Below, one piece after another: positions 1 through 9,522 of a stretch of 64,000 nt of DNA; positions within the stretch are counted from its first letter, which is position 1, and every line of letters starts with the position of its first letter. Made by a program: the position numbers and the translations under genes. The DNA comes from a virus (Duplodnaviria > Caudoviricetes). The notes under the pieces were generated by a model, which saw only the letters and a list, made by a program, of their open reading frames with translations, searched no databases and was not told the DNA's origin. The stretch lies in IMG/VR virus record IMGVR_UViG_3300030376_001752, positions 4,118 to 68,117 of that record; one strand, given 5' to 3'.

Positions 1-2
1 CT

Positions 3-1061
3 TCTCCAGAAGAAGTTACTAAAGTGGATTTAAGTGAAGCTAAGGTAGAAGAACCTGTTGAAGAGGTTAAAGAAGAGACTCCTGTAGTGGAAGTTAAAGA
101 CGAGGTTAAAGAAGAAGTAAAAGAAGAAACACCTGTTTTAGAAGAAATAACTGAAGAAGAAGTTAAAGAGCAAACAGAAGAACTAACTGAAGAAGTTGAA
201 GAAGCTGTAGCAGAAGCTCAAGAAACAGGTAGAGAATTACCAGAAAACATACAGAAAGTTGTAGACTTTATTGATGAAACTGGTGGTAGTTTAGAAGATT
301 ATGTTAGATTAAACCAAGATTATTCTGGTTTAGACGAACATCAATTATTAAAAGAATACTACAAAAATACAAAATCTCATCTATCTGACGACGAAATAAA
401 CTTTATTATAGAAGAAGAGTTTATGGTTGACGAAGATTTAGACGATGAGAAAGTAGCAAAAAAGAAAAAGATAGCACTTAAAGAGCAAGTAGCTAGTGCT
501 AAAAGCCACTTGGACGGGCTAAAGTCCAAATACTATGAAGAGATCAAAGCTGGTTCAAGGCTCACGGGTGAGCAACAGAAAGCAGTGGAGTTCTTTAATA
601 GATATAACAAGGAGTCTGAGGAAACTCAGAAAATAGCGGAAAAACAAAAATCCACTTTTCTACAGAAAACCGAGCAGGTTTTCAGTAATGATTTCAAAGG
701 TTTTGATTATCAAGTTGGTGAAAAGAAATTTAGGTTCAACGTGAAGGATTCTGCTAAAGTCAAAGATACACAAAGCAACATCAACAATTTTGTCAAGAAG
801 TTCTTGAATGAAAAAAATGAGATGAATGACGCTGCGGGTTATCATAAAGGCTTGTTTACAGCAATGAATCCTGATGCTGTCGCAAAACACTTCTACGAAC
901 AAGGTAAAGCAGATGCAATGAAAGAAAGCATGGCTAAAGCTAAGAACGTAGACATGAATCCAAGACAACAACATGGAAATGTTATTGAAACTGGAGGATT
1001 AAAAGTACGAGCGGTAACAGGCGATGATTCATCTAGACTTCGAGTTAAAATGAGAAAATAA
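3..1061 (+). CDS. Capsid scaffolding protein (5'-truncated by window edge)
   Basis: Frame is open from position 3; highly acidic Glu-rich N-terminus with EEVKEETP repeats, helical C-terminus, immediately upstream of the major capsid gene. Confidence 0.7.
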   Translation, partial: SPEEVTKVDLSEAKVEEPVEEVKEETPVVEVKDEVKEEVKEETPVLEEITEEEVKEQTEELTEEVEEAVAEAQETGRELPENIQKVVDFIDETGGSLEDYVRLNQDYSGLDEHQLLKEYYKNTKSHLSDDEINFIIEEEFMVDEDLDDEKVAKKKKIALKEQVASAKSHLDGLKSKYYEEIKAGSRLTGEQQKAVEFFNRYNKESEETQKIAEKQKSTFLQKTEQVFSNDFKGFDYQVGEKKFRFNVKDSAKVKDTQSNINNFVKKFLNEKNEMNDAAGYHKGLFTAMNPDAVAKHFYEQGKADAMKESMAKAKNVDMNPRQQHGNVIETGGLKVRAVTGDDSSRLRVKMRK

Positions 1062-1086
1062 GTTTAACTAATTAAAATTAAAAATT

Positions 1087-2562
1087 ATGCCTTTTAATTC
1101 ATCAGGTGCGGCGTTAGCCCACCTAACTCCAAGACCAACGCAAACGCTTTGGGGAGACAATTATTTAAGTTTCGACTCCGCTTCAGGAGGTGGAACTTTC
1201 GCGCAGCAGTTTTTACCAGAGATTTATGAGAAAGAAGTAGAAAGATACGGTAACCGTACTATTTCTGGTTTCTTAAAAATGGTAGGAGCTGAAATGCCTT
1301 TACAATCTGATCAAGTAATTTGGTCTGAGCAAGGAAGAATACACGTAGCTTACGATGGTATTGCAAATGCAAATACTGTAGAAGTATTAAATGCTGGTAA
1401 CTCTACGATTACTGTACCTTCTGGTCACTTAATCCAATTACATGATACTGTTGTAATTTCAAAAGCAGGTCAGCAAAACAAATGTTTAGTAACTAACGTA
1501 AATGCAAACGGTGTTGTAATCACTGTAGCTCCTTACGATATTGCTAACTTAGGTACTGGTTCTGCATATGCAAACAGTGATAACATTAAGTTATTCGTTT
1601 ATGGTACTGAATATAGAAAAGGATCATCAGGAATTGCTGGTTCTATCGATGCTTCATTTACTCAATTTAGCAACAGACCAATCATCATGAGAGACAGATA
1701 CCAAGTTAATGGTTCTGATACTGCTCAAATCGGTTGGGTTGAAGTTACTTCTGAGAATGGTGCTTCTGGTTTCTTATGGTACTTAAAGTCTGAGCACGAA
1801 GCTAGACTAAGATTTGAAGATCAAATGGAAATGGCTATGATTGAAGCAGAGGTTGCTGGAGCAAACTTCGCAGGTACTGGAGACTTCGCGGTTCAAGGTT
1901 CTGAAGGTTTATTTGCAGCTTTAACTTCAAGAGGTCTAGTATATAATAACGCTGATTTTGATTCTATTGGTGCGTGGACTGGTTCTGCTGCTCATGATTC
2001 AACAGTTATTAATACTGGTTTAGCTGAATTTGATACAATTCTTGTAGAGCTTGATAAGCAAGGAGCTATTGAAGAGAACATGATGTTCTTAGATAGAGCT
2101 ACTTCTTTATCTATTGATAATATGTTAGCTCAACAAAATGCTGCTTTCGGTGGTGGTACTTCTTACGGAGTATTTAACAACCAGGAAGATATGGCATTGA
2201 ATTTAGGTTTCTCTGGATTCAGAAGAGGTGCTTATGACTTCTATAAAACTGACTGGAAATACTTAAATGATTCTGTAACTAGAGGACTTATTGGTGACAT
2301 CGAAGGTGTTATCGTTCCTGCTGGTACTTCTACTGTATACGATCAGTCTATGGGTAAAAATATCTCTAGACCTTTCTTACACGTTAGATACAGAAAATCT
2401 GAAGCTGATGATAGAAAAATGAAATCATGGATCACTGGATCTGTTGGTGGAAACTATACTTCTGATGCTGATGAGATGGTAGTTAACTTCTTAACTGAAA
2501 GATGTTTATGCGTTCAAGCAGCAAACAACTTTGTATTACTTAAGAATACAACTGCAGCTTAA
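1087..2562 (+). CDS. Major capsid protein
   Basis: 491 aa, strongly biased high-expression codons, follows scaffold, followed by a strong terminator; composition consistent with an HK97-fold capsid protein (inference). Confidence 0.8.
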   Translation: MPFNSSGAALAHLTPRPTQTLWGDNYLSFDSASGGGTFAQQFLPEIYEKEVERYGNRTISGFLKMVGAEMPLQSDQVIWSEQGRIHVAYDGIANANTVEVLNAGNSTITVPSGHLIQLHDTVVISKAGQQNKCLVTNVNANGVVITVAPYDIANLGTGSAYANSDNIKLFVYGTEYRKGSSGIAGSIDASFTQFSNRPIIMRDRYQVNGSDTAQIGWVEVTSENGASGFLWYLKSEHEARLRFEDQMEMAMIEAEVAGANFAGTGDFAVQGSEGLFAALTSRGLVYNNADFDSIGAWTGSAAHDSTVINTGLAEFDTILVELDKQGAIEENMMFLDRATSLSIDNMLAQQNAAFGGGTSYGVFNNQEDMALNLGFSGFRRGAYDFYKTDWKYLNDSVTRGLIGDIEGVIVPAGTSTVYDQSMGKNISRPFLHVRYRKSEADDRKMKSWITGSVGGNYTSDADEMVVNFLTERCLCVQAANNFVLLKNTTAA

Positions 2563-2572
2563 TACTAACCTT

Positions 2573-2612
2573 AAAGAGTTGGGTGCTTCGGCACCCAGCC
2601 CTTTATTTTTTT
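2573..2612 (+). terminator. Rho-independent terminator after capsid gene
   Basis: Stem TTGGGTGC / GCACCCAG with a TTCG tetraloop, followed by a T-rich tract. Confidence 0.85.
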
Positions 2613-2635
2613 AAACTTTTTAATTATATTATATT

Positions 2636-3394
2636 ATGGAAAATAAAACAAAAGCTCCTAAATGGGAGGTTAAAGATAGAACTTACGTTCTAAAAGGAAA
2701 GAACACACCGATAGTTTCAAAAATACCATCAAGACATACTCAAAGAAAACCTTTATTATGGTTAGATCCTGAAAAAGGTTATCAACGAGAATTAAGATAT
2801 GCAACAAACCAACCATCACCAATAGTTGATGAACAAAAAGGTGTTGCTACACTTGGTCACATTGTTTTTAGAAACGGTGCGTTAGTTGTAAAAGCTAAAG
2901 ATCAAAACTTACAAAAATTGTTATCATTATATCATCCGTTAAAAGATGTTTTATATAAAGAACAAGACGAGGTTAAATCAGCTGAAATTGATTTAGATTA
3001 CATGGAGATGGAAATTGAAGCTATGAACATAGCTATAGATTTAGATATTGAACAAGCTGAAGCAATAATGAGAGTAGAGACTGGATCTAAGGTATCTAAG
3101 ATGACATCTAAAGAAATAAAAAGAGATGTTGTATTATTTGCTAGAAGAAACCCTGTGTACTTCTTAGAACTTTGTCAAGATGATACTATTGAATTAAGAA
3201 ACTTTGGTGTTAAAGCTGTTGAAGCAGGTATAATAAATCTATCAGCAGATCAAAGAACTTTTACAATGGGTAAAAGTAAAGGTAAATTGTTAAATGTTCC
3301 TTTTGATGAACATCCATATTCTGCATTAGCAGCATTCTTTAAAACAGATGAAGGTATGGAAATTTACAAAACTTTATCTAAGAAAATAAAATAA
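2636..3394 (+). CDS. Hypothetical head-associated protein
   Basis: 252-aa ORF with genome-typical codon usage in the structural operon. Confidence 0.7.
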   Translation: MENKTKAPKWEVKDRTYVLKGKNTPIVSKIPSRHTQRKPLLWLDPEKGYQRELRYATNQPSPIVDEQKGVATLGHIVFRNGALVVKAKDQNLQKLLSLYHPLKDVLYKEQDEVKSAEIDLDYMEMEIEAMNIAIDLDIEQAEAIMRVETGSKVSKMTSKEIKRDVVLFARRNPVYFLELCQDDTIELRNFGVKAVEAGIINLSADQRTFTMGKSKGKLLNVPFDEHPYSALAAFFKTDEGMEIYKTLSKKIK

Positions 3395-3401
3395 TCACTT
3401 T

Positions 3402-3439
3402 GTAGTAGCAGTCGCTCTACGGGGCGATTGCATACTATA
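3402..3439 (+). other. Intergenic hairpin (TACG tetraloop), no U-tract
   Basis: GCAGTCGCTC-TACG-GGGCGATTGC stem followed by an A-rich rather than T-rich run; possibly an RNA processing or stability element. Confidence 0.5.
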
Positions 3440-3452
3440 AAACAAAAAAATT

Positions 3453-4169
3453 ATGGCGGTAAACGTAGACACAGTATATCAAAGAGTTTTAGCTGCGGCT
3501 AATAAAGAACAAAGAGGTTATGTAACACCTCAAGAGTTTAACTTATTTGCTAATCAAGCTCAGATGGATATATTTGAGCAATATTTTTATGATAAAAATG
3601 CTTTTGGTAATGCACCAAGCAATGACACTACTTACTCTGATATGTTAGATTTGTTACAGGAAAAGCTAGATATATTTGAAAGATATAGACAAGCTGTTAC
3701 AATGACAGGTTCTAACGGTGTTGGTAACTTACCTACTCATTACAGAATGGGTGAGTTGTATTATTTAAAGCAAGGTAACTATTATGAGATAGAAAAGATA
3801 CGCCAGAACGAAATACACCATATGTTAAACTCACCATTAACCACACCTTCACTAACAAGAGCTATGTATGTTAGATCTCAAGGTGGAACAAATGGAGATA
3901 ATGCAATAATTGTTTATCCAACTACTATAAATGATAGTGTTTACTGTAACTATATAGCTAGACCCGCTACTGTTGTATGGGGTTATACAGTTGTAAACAA
4001 CCAAGCATTATACAACGCAAACACATCTACTAACTTTGAATTGCACCAATCTGAAGAATCTGAACTAGTATTAAAGATATTAGAATTAGCTGGTATGTCT
4101 ATAAAAGATCCTATGCTAGCTGATTATGCAAATAAAGAAGACATGGTTAACGTTCAACAAGAAAAATAA
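3453..4169 (+). CDS. Putative head-tail adaptor / tail ring protein
   Basis: 238 aa; position between head genes and the large tail protein, as in short-tailed Bacteroidota phages. Confidence 0.55.
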   Translation: MAVNVDTVYQRVLAAANKEQRGYVTPQEFNLFANQAQMDIFEQYFYDKNAFGNAPSNDTTYSDMLDLLQEKLDIFERYRQAVTMTGSNGVGNLPTHYRMGELYYLKQGNYYEIEKIRQNEIHHMLNSPLTTPSLTRAMYVRSQGGTNGDNAIIVYPTTINDSVYCNYIARPATVVWGYTVVNNQALYNANTSTNFELHQSEESELVLKILELAGMSIKDPMLADYANKEDMVNVQQEK

Positions 4170-4175
4170 TAAAAT

Positions 4176-5084
4176 ATGCCATTATTTCAAGGAACACAAC
4201 AAGCTTATTACGAGGGTGCTGACGGCCAGTTTAACACAGCTGATGATTTAGCTGTATATGGCGGTTATCAATTTATAACAATACAAGATATAATAAACAA
4301 CTTTATAATTTCTTATGTTGGACAAGAAAAATTAATAACTAAAATTAAAAGAGCTGACGTTGCATTTCATGCGCAAAGAGCGATACAAGAGTTAAGCTAT
4401 GATACTTTTAAATCTATAAAGTCACAGGAAATAGAAATACCACCAAGTTTATTAATGGTATTACCTCATGACTATGTTAACTATGTAAAGTTAACGTGGA
4501 CGGATAACTCAGGTATAGAGCATATTATATATCCCGCTATAAAAACTAGCAACCCACAACAAATATCTCAAGATGGTAATTTAGAATATATATTTGATAA
4601 TGATGGTAACTTAATTGATCCATTAACTTCAGATACATGGACGACTTTTCAAAACAATAATCCTGACGACAGCACTAGTAACTCGCCTGACGAAGATACT
4701 CAAGCTGTGTTTGTTGAAGGTAGAAGATATGGATTAAATCCAGAAAACGCACAAAGTAACGGTGTTTTTTATATAGACCCTAGATATGGAAGAATACACT
4801 TTAGTTCTGATATGTCTGGTAGAACAGTTACTTTAAAATACATATCTGATGGTTTAGCTACAGACGCTGAGATGATAGTTCATAAATTCGCTGAAGAAGC
4901 GATGTATAAGTCTATAGCTTACGCGATACTTTCTACAAGATCTAATGTACAAGAATATATCGTAGCTAGATATAAAAGAGAAAGAAGAGCTGCTATTAGA
5001 ACCGCTAAGCTAAGATTATCTAACTTGAAAGCCGAAGAGTTAACTCAAGTTATGAGAAACAAATCTAAACAAATAAAACACTAG
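4176..5084 (+). CDS. Putative tail ring/tubular protein
   Basis: 302 aa; structural operon context. Confidence 0.55.
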   Translation: MPLFQGTQQAYYEGADGQFNTADDLAVYGGYQFITIQDIINNFIISYVGQEKLITKIKRADVAFHAQRAIQELSYDTFKSIKSQEIEIPPSLLMVLPHDYVNYVKLTWTDNSGIEHIIYPAIKTSNPQQISQDGNLEYIFDNDGNLIDPLTSDTWTTFQNNNPDDSTSNSPDEDTQAVFVEGRRYGLNPENAQSNGVFYIDPRYGRIHFSSDMSGRTVTLKYISDGLATDAEMIVHKFAEEAMYKSIAYAILSTRSNVQEYIVARYKRERRAAIRTAKLRLSNLKAEELTQVMRNKSKQIKH

Positions 5085-5087
5085 AGC

Positions 5088-8000
5088 ATGCCAGAAATAA
5101 AACATCACTTTCGTGCAGGTAAGATGAATCAAGACCTGGACGAGAGGTTAATACCTAATGGAGAATATAGAGACGCTTTGAATATAGAGATCGCATCGTC
5201 TGAAGGAGATGATGTTGGTTCTATTCAAACTATCCCTGGAAACTCAAGAATTACTACCTTGGGTATTGCTGGTGCTGAGTGTATAGGTTCTTATGTAGAT
5301 CATGAGAACGACAAGATATATTGGTTTATATCAGGAACATTAATAGATGCTATAGCAGAGTACGATCCAAGAACAGATACTGTTGTACCTGTGCTTGTTG
5401 ATTCTCCTGCAACAAATGCTGACGCTATATTAGAGTTTAGTAAATACTGGCACATATGTGGTATAAACATTATTGATGGTTTATTATTTTGGACAACTGG
5501 TAATACAGAGCCTAAGATGATAAACATAAAAACATTTAAAGCTGGTTCAACAGACTTTAGCACTACTACTACTGTAGTAAATCAACACAATGGCTCATCC
5601 GGCCAATTTTCACTGTCAGATATAACTGTTATTAAAAAAGGGCCAACAATTGCCCCTACACTAACCATGTCTAATACTAAAAGATCTGGTATAGTTGAAA
5701 GCACTTTTACAACTATGGGCGCTCCAATTGTAAATAATAGTTTTACTGTTACAGATGCTTTAGGTGATATAGTTCCTGTAGAAACAACTATAAATCCTTT
5801 TATTATAACAATATTAGGTGGTAATATAATGGATTGGCAAGTTGGTGACAAATTAAGAGTTACACTTGCTGGTGGTTTAAGTAGTGAAGAAGCTATACTT
5901 AATGTTGTACAAACATTTTCAACATCACCTAATCAGTTTAGAGTAACTATAGATGCTATAAGTGAAGAGATAGAACAAGGTCAACAAGTGTGGGATATAT
6001 CTTTGGTTGAAGAGAAACCAATGTTTGAGTTTAAGTTTCCTAGATTTGCATTAAGATATAAGTTTAGAGATGGTCAGTATTCACCTATAGGTCCTTTTAG
6101 TGAATTAGCTTTTATACCAGACGAGTTTGATTACCAAGCTAAAAAAGGTTATAACTTGGGTATGAAAAATAATATAAGATCTTTAAAAATATCTGGTTTT
6201 GCAAACCCACCTTTAAACGATATAATTGAAATAGATATATTATACAAAGAAAGCAACCATAATAATATATACACAGTCCAAAGTATAAAATGTGAAACTG
6301 GCAAGCATGATCCAGAATATACGGCTGATGAGTTAGAAATAACGTCAGACATTATACACGCTGTTGTACCTAGTAATCAGTTGCTTAGGCATTGGGATAA
6401 CGTACCCAGAGAAGCTAGAGCACAAGAAATAACTGGTAATAGATTAGTATATGGTAACTTTACACACCAGTACAATCTAACAGACGCTAATGGTGGTGAG
6501 ATTACACCTAGGTTTGAAGTAAATATTGGTCAAAATAATTCTATATTACCTGAACCTAGAACACCGTCACCATCAATAAAATCATTAAGAACATATCAAG
6601 TAGGTGTTGTATATGCCGACGCATATGGTAGAGAAACGCCTGTGCTTACGGATCCAAGTGGTTCTTTTACTTTAGATAAGCAAGCTGCAGTTAACTATAA
6701 TGTTATGCAGGTTAAAATGCTTAGCAACGCTCCTTCATGGGCTGCTTCTTATAAATTCTTTATTAAAGAACCTAGTAACGAGTATTACAACGTGGCTATG
6801 GACAGACATTATGAAGCTGAAGATGGTAACGCTTGGATTTCATTTCCTTCATCTGAAAGAAACAAAGTTCATGAAGATAGATTTTTAATACTTAAAAAAG
6901 AACACGACTCAGATATTTTTGTACCTAAAGAAGCTAGATATAAAGTTCTAGCTGTTGAAAACGAAGCTCCGGATTTCTTGAGAATAGAAAACATAACTCA
7001 AGGACAATTAGAGTGTAACGATGATGGTAATCTGTTTTTAACACTAGGTTATCCTTCTACAGATCACGGGCATGTAGCAATACCTGGTGATAGATGGCAT
7101 GAAATATTTGGATCTGCCGACCCAACAGTAACCAACAATAACATACATACTTTAGCTTTACATGCTAAAAGTGATCTTGTACTTAGGGTATATACGGGTT
7201 CAAGAGAAACTAAGTTTTACGACGTTGCTAATATACAATACGTGCCAGCTAGTCCAGGTAATTATGCTGATGGTAGCACTGCTCCTGGTAATGATTATTA
7301 TAAAGTAGAAATTGATGGTAAGTTTGAAGAAGCTGATACGCAATGGTTAGGATCTGTTGCTGATAACAATACTTTAAGTAACTTAAATATTGAGTTTTAT
7401 CAAAAAAGAAGAAATAATAAACCAGAATTTACTGGTAGATTTTTTGCTAAACTAAACAAAGACTCAACACTAGAAGACGCTATATTATCAAAAGCAAATG
7501 ATGATGACCACAAGATAATACAGAGTATTAGAATGTGGGAGCAAAATACAGACACAAGAAATATAGACTACTGGCAAGATGCTAAAAAATTTAGCAACGG
7601 TGAAAGAGGTAGTGGTTGGTTTATAGACAGAGCTAAGAAAGCAAAAAGAAAAGGCGCTGGTGGTAGCGGTACTAATAGAAATACTGGTTATCCAGCACCA
7701 TACAATAAGAATAGTAATTGGAAAGGTATGGGTGTTCAAGCTGGTATGCAAGTTGTAGAGTTTGCTTATCACTGGTTTGGACATAAAGCACCTGGTAGTT
7801 GGGACGGACAATGGCATGGTTTTGAAACAAGTAAGAAACCACAATATGCTGATATGGTTAAACAAATGCAATCGCCTGGTGCTTTATTTAGATTTGGCGA
7901 TGATCCAACCCAAACAATTTATACTATCGTTAAATACAAAAGAAACCATTGGCAAGCATATAGCCATAAAAACGGTAAGTTCTCTTCTTCAAGAATTATT

Positions 8001-9521
8001 AGCTGGACGTTAGAGTTAGATAAGCCTATAGTTTGGGCTCCAGAAGACGAAACAGCAACTATAAACGGGACTAACTATAGTAACTTTGGTGGATCTAATT
8101 TAGGTGGTTCTACAGCTCATCACTCACGAGGTGATGTAACAACTCCTATTGAGTTTTTAGAAAAGTTTTCTGATACAGCTGGAGATGATAGTGATAGAAG
8201 TAAAAACCCTGCAATATTTGAAACAGAACCACTAGAAGATACTGATTTAGATTTATACTTCGAAGCTACGCACGCTTATCCTATTAGTCAACATGCTAAC
8301 CAGCAGACTCTACCTTATATGAATTGTTATTCGTTTAATAATGGTGTTGAGTCAAATAGAATACGTGATGATTTTAATGCTGTTACTATAGCTAAAGGTA
8401 TTAAAGCAAGTACAGTTTTAGCAGAAAAATACGAGACAGAAAGAAGAAAAAGTGGTTTAATATTCTCTGGATTATATAATAGTAACTCTGGAACAAACCA
8501 ACTTAATCAATTTATAATGGCAGAAGCTATTACTAAAGACTTAGACCCTAGTTATGGAAGCATACAAAAACTTCACGCTAGAGACACTAATTTAATTACT
8601 TTGTGTGAAGATAAGTGTTTGAGAATATTAGCTGATAAGGATGCTCTATTTAATGCAGACGGAAGCGCTAACATGGTAGCTGCTAATAGATTCTTAGGGC
8701 AAACCACACCTTATGTTGGTGAATTTGGTATATCTAAAAACCCTGAGTCATTTGCTAGTTATGGTTATCAAGCTTATTTTACAGATAAAAATAGAGGAGC
8801 TGTTATAAGGTTGTCTATGGATGGTATTACAAATATAACTGAACACGGTATGTCAGATTATTTTTCAGACAAACTTGGTAATGCTGCTAGACATGATTTA
8901 GTTATTGGTACTTATAATGAAGCTAAAAGACTTTATAATGTTACAATTAAAAACTCTGGTAGTATACATCAACCAGTTGCTGATAGAGGTGACACTACAG
9001 TTTCGTTTAGTGAAGCTGTAACAGGTTGGACAAGTAGAAAATCTTTTTCACCTGAATCAGGTGTTTCATTAAATGATAAGTATTATACATTTAAACAAGG
9101 TGATTTGTACGAGCATGGTGTAACAACAAGTTACTCTACATTTTACGGCACAGCTGTTACTCCTTTAGTTAGATTTATATTTAGTGACATGCCTAGTGTT
9201 GTTAAAACATACAAGACATTAAACTACGAAGGTACTCAAGCTAAATGGCTTGTTAACACGGCTGACAATGAGTATTATAATAATTTTGCTAAAGCAGGTT
9301 GGTACAACCAAAGCGTTGAAACTGATTTACAAGGTGGTAAAATAACTACGTTTAAAAACAAAGAAAACAAATGGTTTAATTTTATAGAAGGTTTATCAAC
9401 AGATATTAAAAATATAGACACAAATGAGTTTGCTGTTCAAGGTATAGGACAAGGAACTGTTACTGCTGATACTGGTAGCTTCAATGAATTAACATTAACA
9501 ATAAACGAAAACAACGACTAA
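5088..9521 (+). CDS. Large tail stabilisation / nozzle-like protein
   Basis: 1477 aa, beta-rich, N-terminal 'GKMNQDLDERL..GEYRDALN' pattern typical of podovirus tail stabilisation (nozzle-type) proteins. Confidence 0.65.
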   Translation: MPEIKHHFRAGKMNQDLDERLIPNGEYRDALNIEIASSEGDDVGSIQTIPGNSRITTLGIAGAECIGSYVDHENDKIYWFISGTLIDAIAEYDPRTDTVVPVLVDSPATNADAILEFSKYWHICGINIIDGLLFWTTGNTEPKMINIKTFKAGSTDFSTTTTVVNQHNGSSGQFSLSDITVIKKGPTIAPTLTMSNTKRSGIVESTFTTMGAPIVNNSFTVTDALGDIVPVETTINPFIITILGGNIMDWQVGDKLRVTLAGGLSSEEAILNVVQTFSTSPNQFRVTIDAISEEIEQGQQVWDISLVEEKPMFEFKFPRFALRYKFRDGQYSPIGPFSELAFIPDEFDYQAKKGYNLGMKNNIRSLKISGFANPPLNDIIEIDILYKESNHNNIYTVQSIKCETGKHDPEYTADELEITSDIIHAVVPSNQLLRHWDNVPREARAQEITGNRLVYGNFTHQYNLTDANGGEITPRFEVNIGQNNSILPEPRTPSPSIKSLRTYQVGVVYADAYGRETPVLTDPSGSFTLDKQAAVNYNVMQVKMLSNAPSWAASYKFFIKEPSNEYYNVAMDRHYEAEDGNAWISFPSSERNKVHEDRFLILKKEHDSDIFVPKEARYKVLAVENEAPDFLRIENITQGQLECNDDGNLFLTLGYPSTDHGHVAIPGDRWHEIFGSADPTVTNNNIHTLALHAKSDLVLRVYTGSRETKFYDVANIQYVPASPGNYADGSTAPGNDYYKVEIDGKFEEADTQWLGSVADNNTLSNLNIEFYQKRRNNKPEFTGRFFAKLNKDSTLEDAILSKANDDDHKIIQSIRMWEQNTDTRNIDYWQDAKKFSNGERGSGWFIDRAKKAKRKGAGGSGTNRNTGYPAPYNKNSNWKGMGVQAGMQVVEFAYHWFGHKAPGSWDGQWHGFETSKKPQYADMVKQMQSPGALFRFGDDPTQTIYTIVKYKRNHWQAYSHKNGKFSSSRIISWTLELDKPIVWAPEDETATINGTNYSNFGGSNLGGSTAHHSRGDVTTPIEFLEKFSDTAGDDSDRSKNPAIFETEPLEDTDLDLYFEATHAYPISQHANQQTLPYMNCYSFNNGVESNRIRDDFNAVTIAKGIKASTVLAEKYETERRKSGLIFSGLYNSNSGTNQLNQFIMAEAITKDLDPSYGSIQKLHARDTNLITLCEDKCLRILADKDALFNADGSANMVAANRFLGQTTPYVGEFGISKNPESFASYGYQAYFTDKNRGAVIRLSMDGITNITEHGMSDYFSDKLGNAARHDLVIGTYNEAKRLYNVTIKNSGSIHQPVADRGDTTVSFSEAVTGWTSRKSFSPESGVSLNDKYYTFKQGDLYEHGVTTSYSTFYGTAVTPLVRFIFSDMPSVVKTYKTLNYEGTQAKWLVNTADNEYYNNFAKAGWYNQSVETDLQGGKITTFKNKENKWFNFIEGLSTDIKNIDTNEFAVQGIGQGTVTADTGSFNELTLTINENND

Positions 9522-9522
9522 T

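Noticed and set aside
660-974. Antisense 104-aa ORF in the scaffold gene, and similar antisense ORFs at 5300, 5582, 7488, 10012, 45849, 46335, 51384-52832 and 55927-60045
   Set aside because: Shadow ORFs expected opposite RNY-biased or repetitive genes; no promoter, start context or plausible protein features.
7762-8013. Same-strand alternative-frame ORFs (6700, 7762, 52778, 53423, 61255)
   Set aside because: Short, with no accompanying codon shift in the main gene and no recognisable signal; the one at 61255 follows from the collagen repeat.
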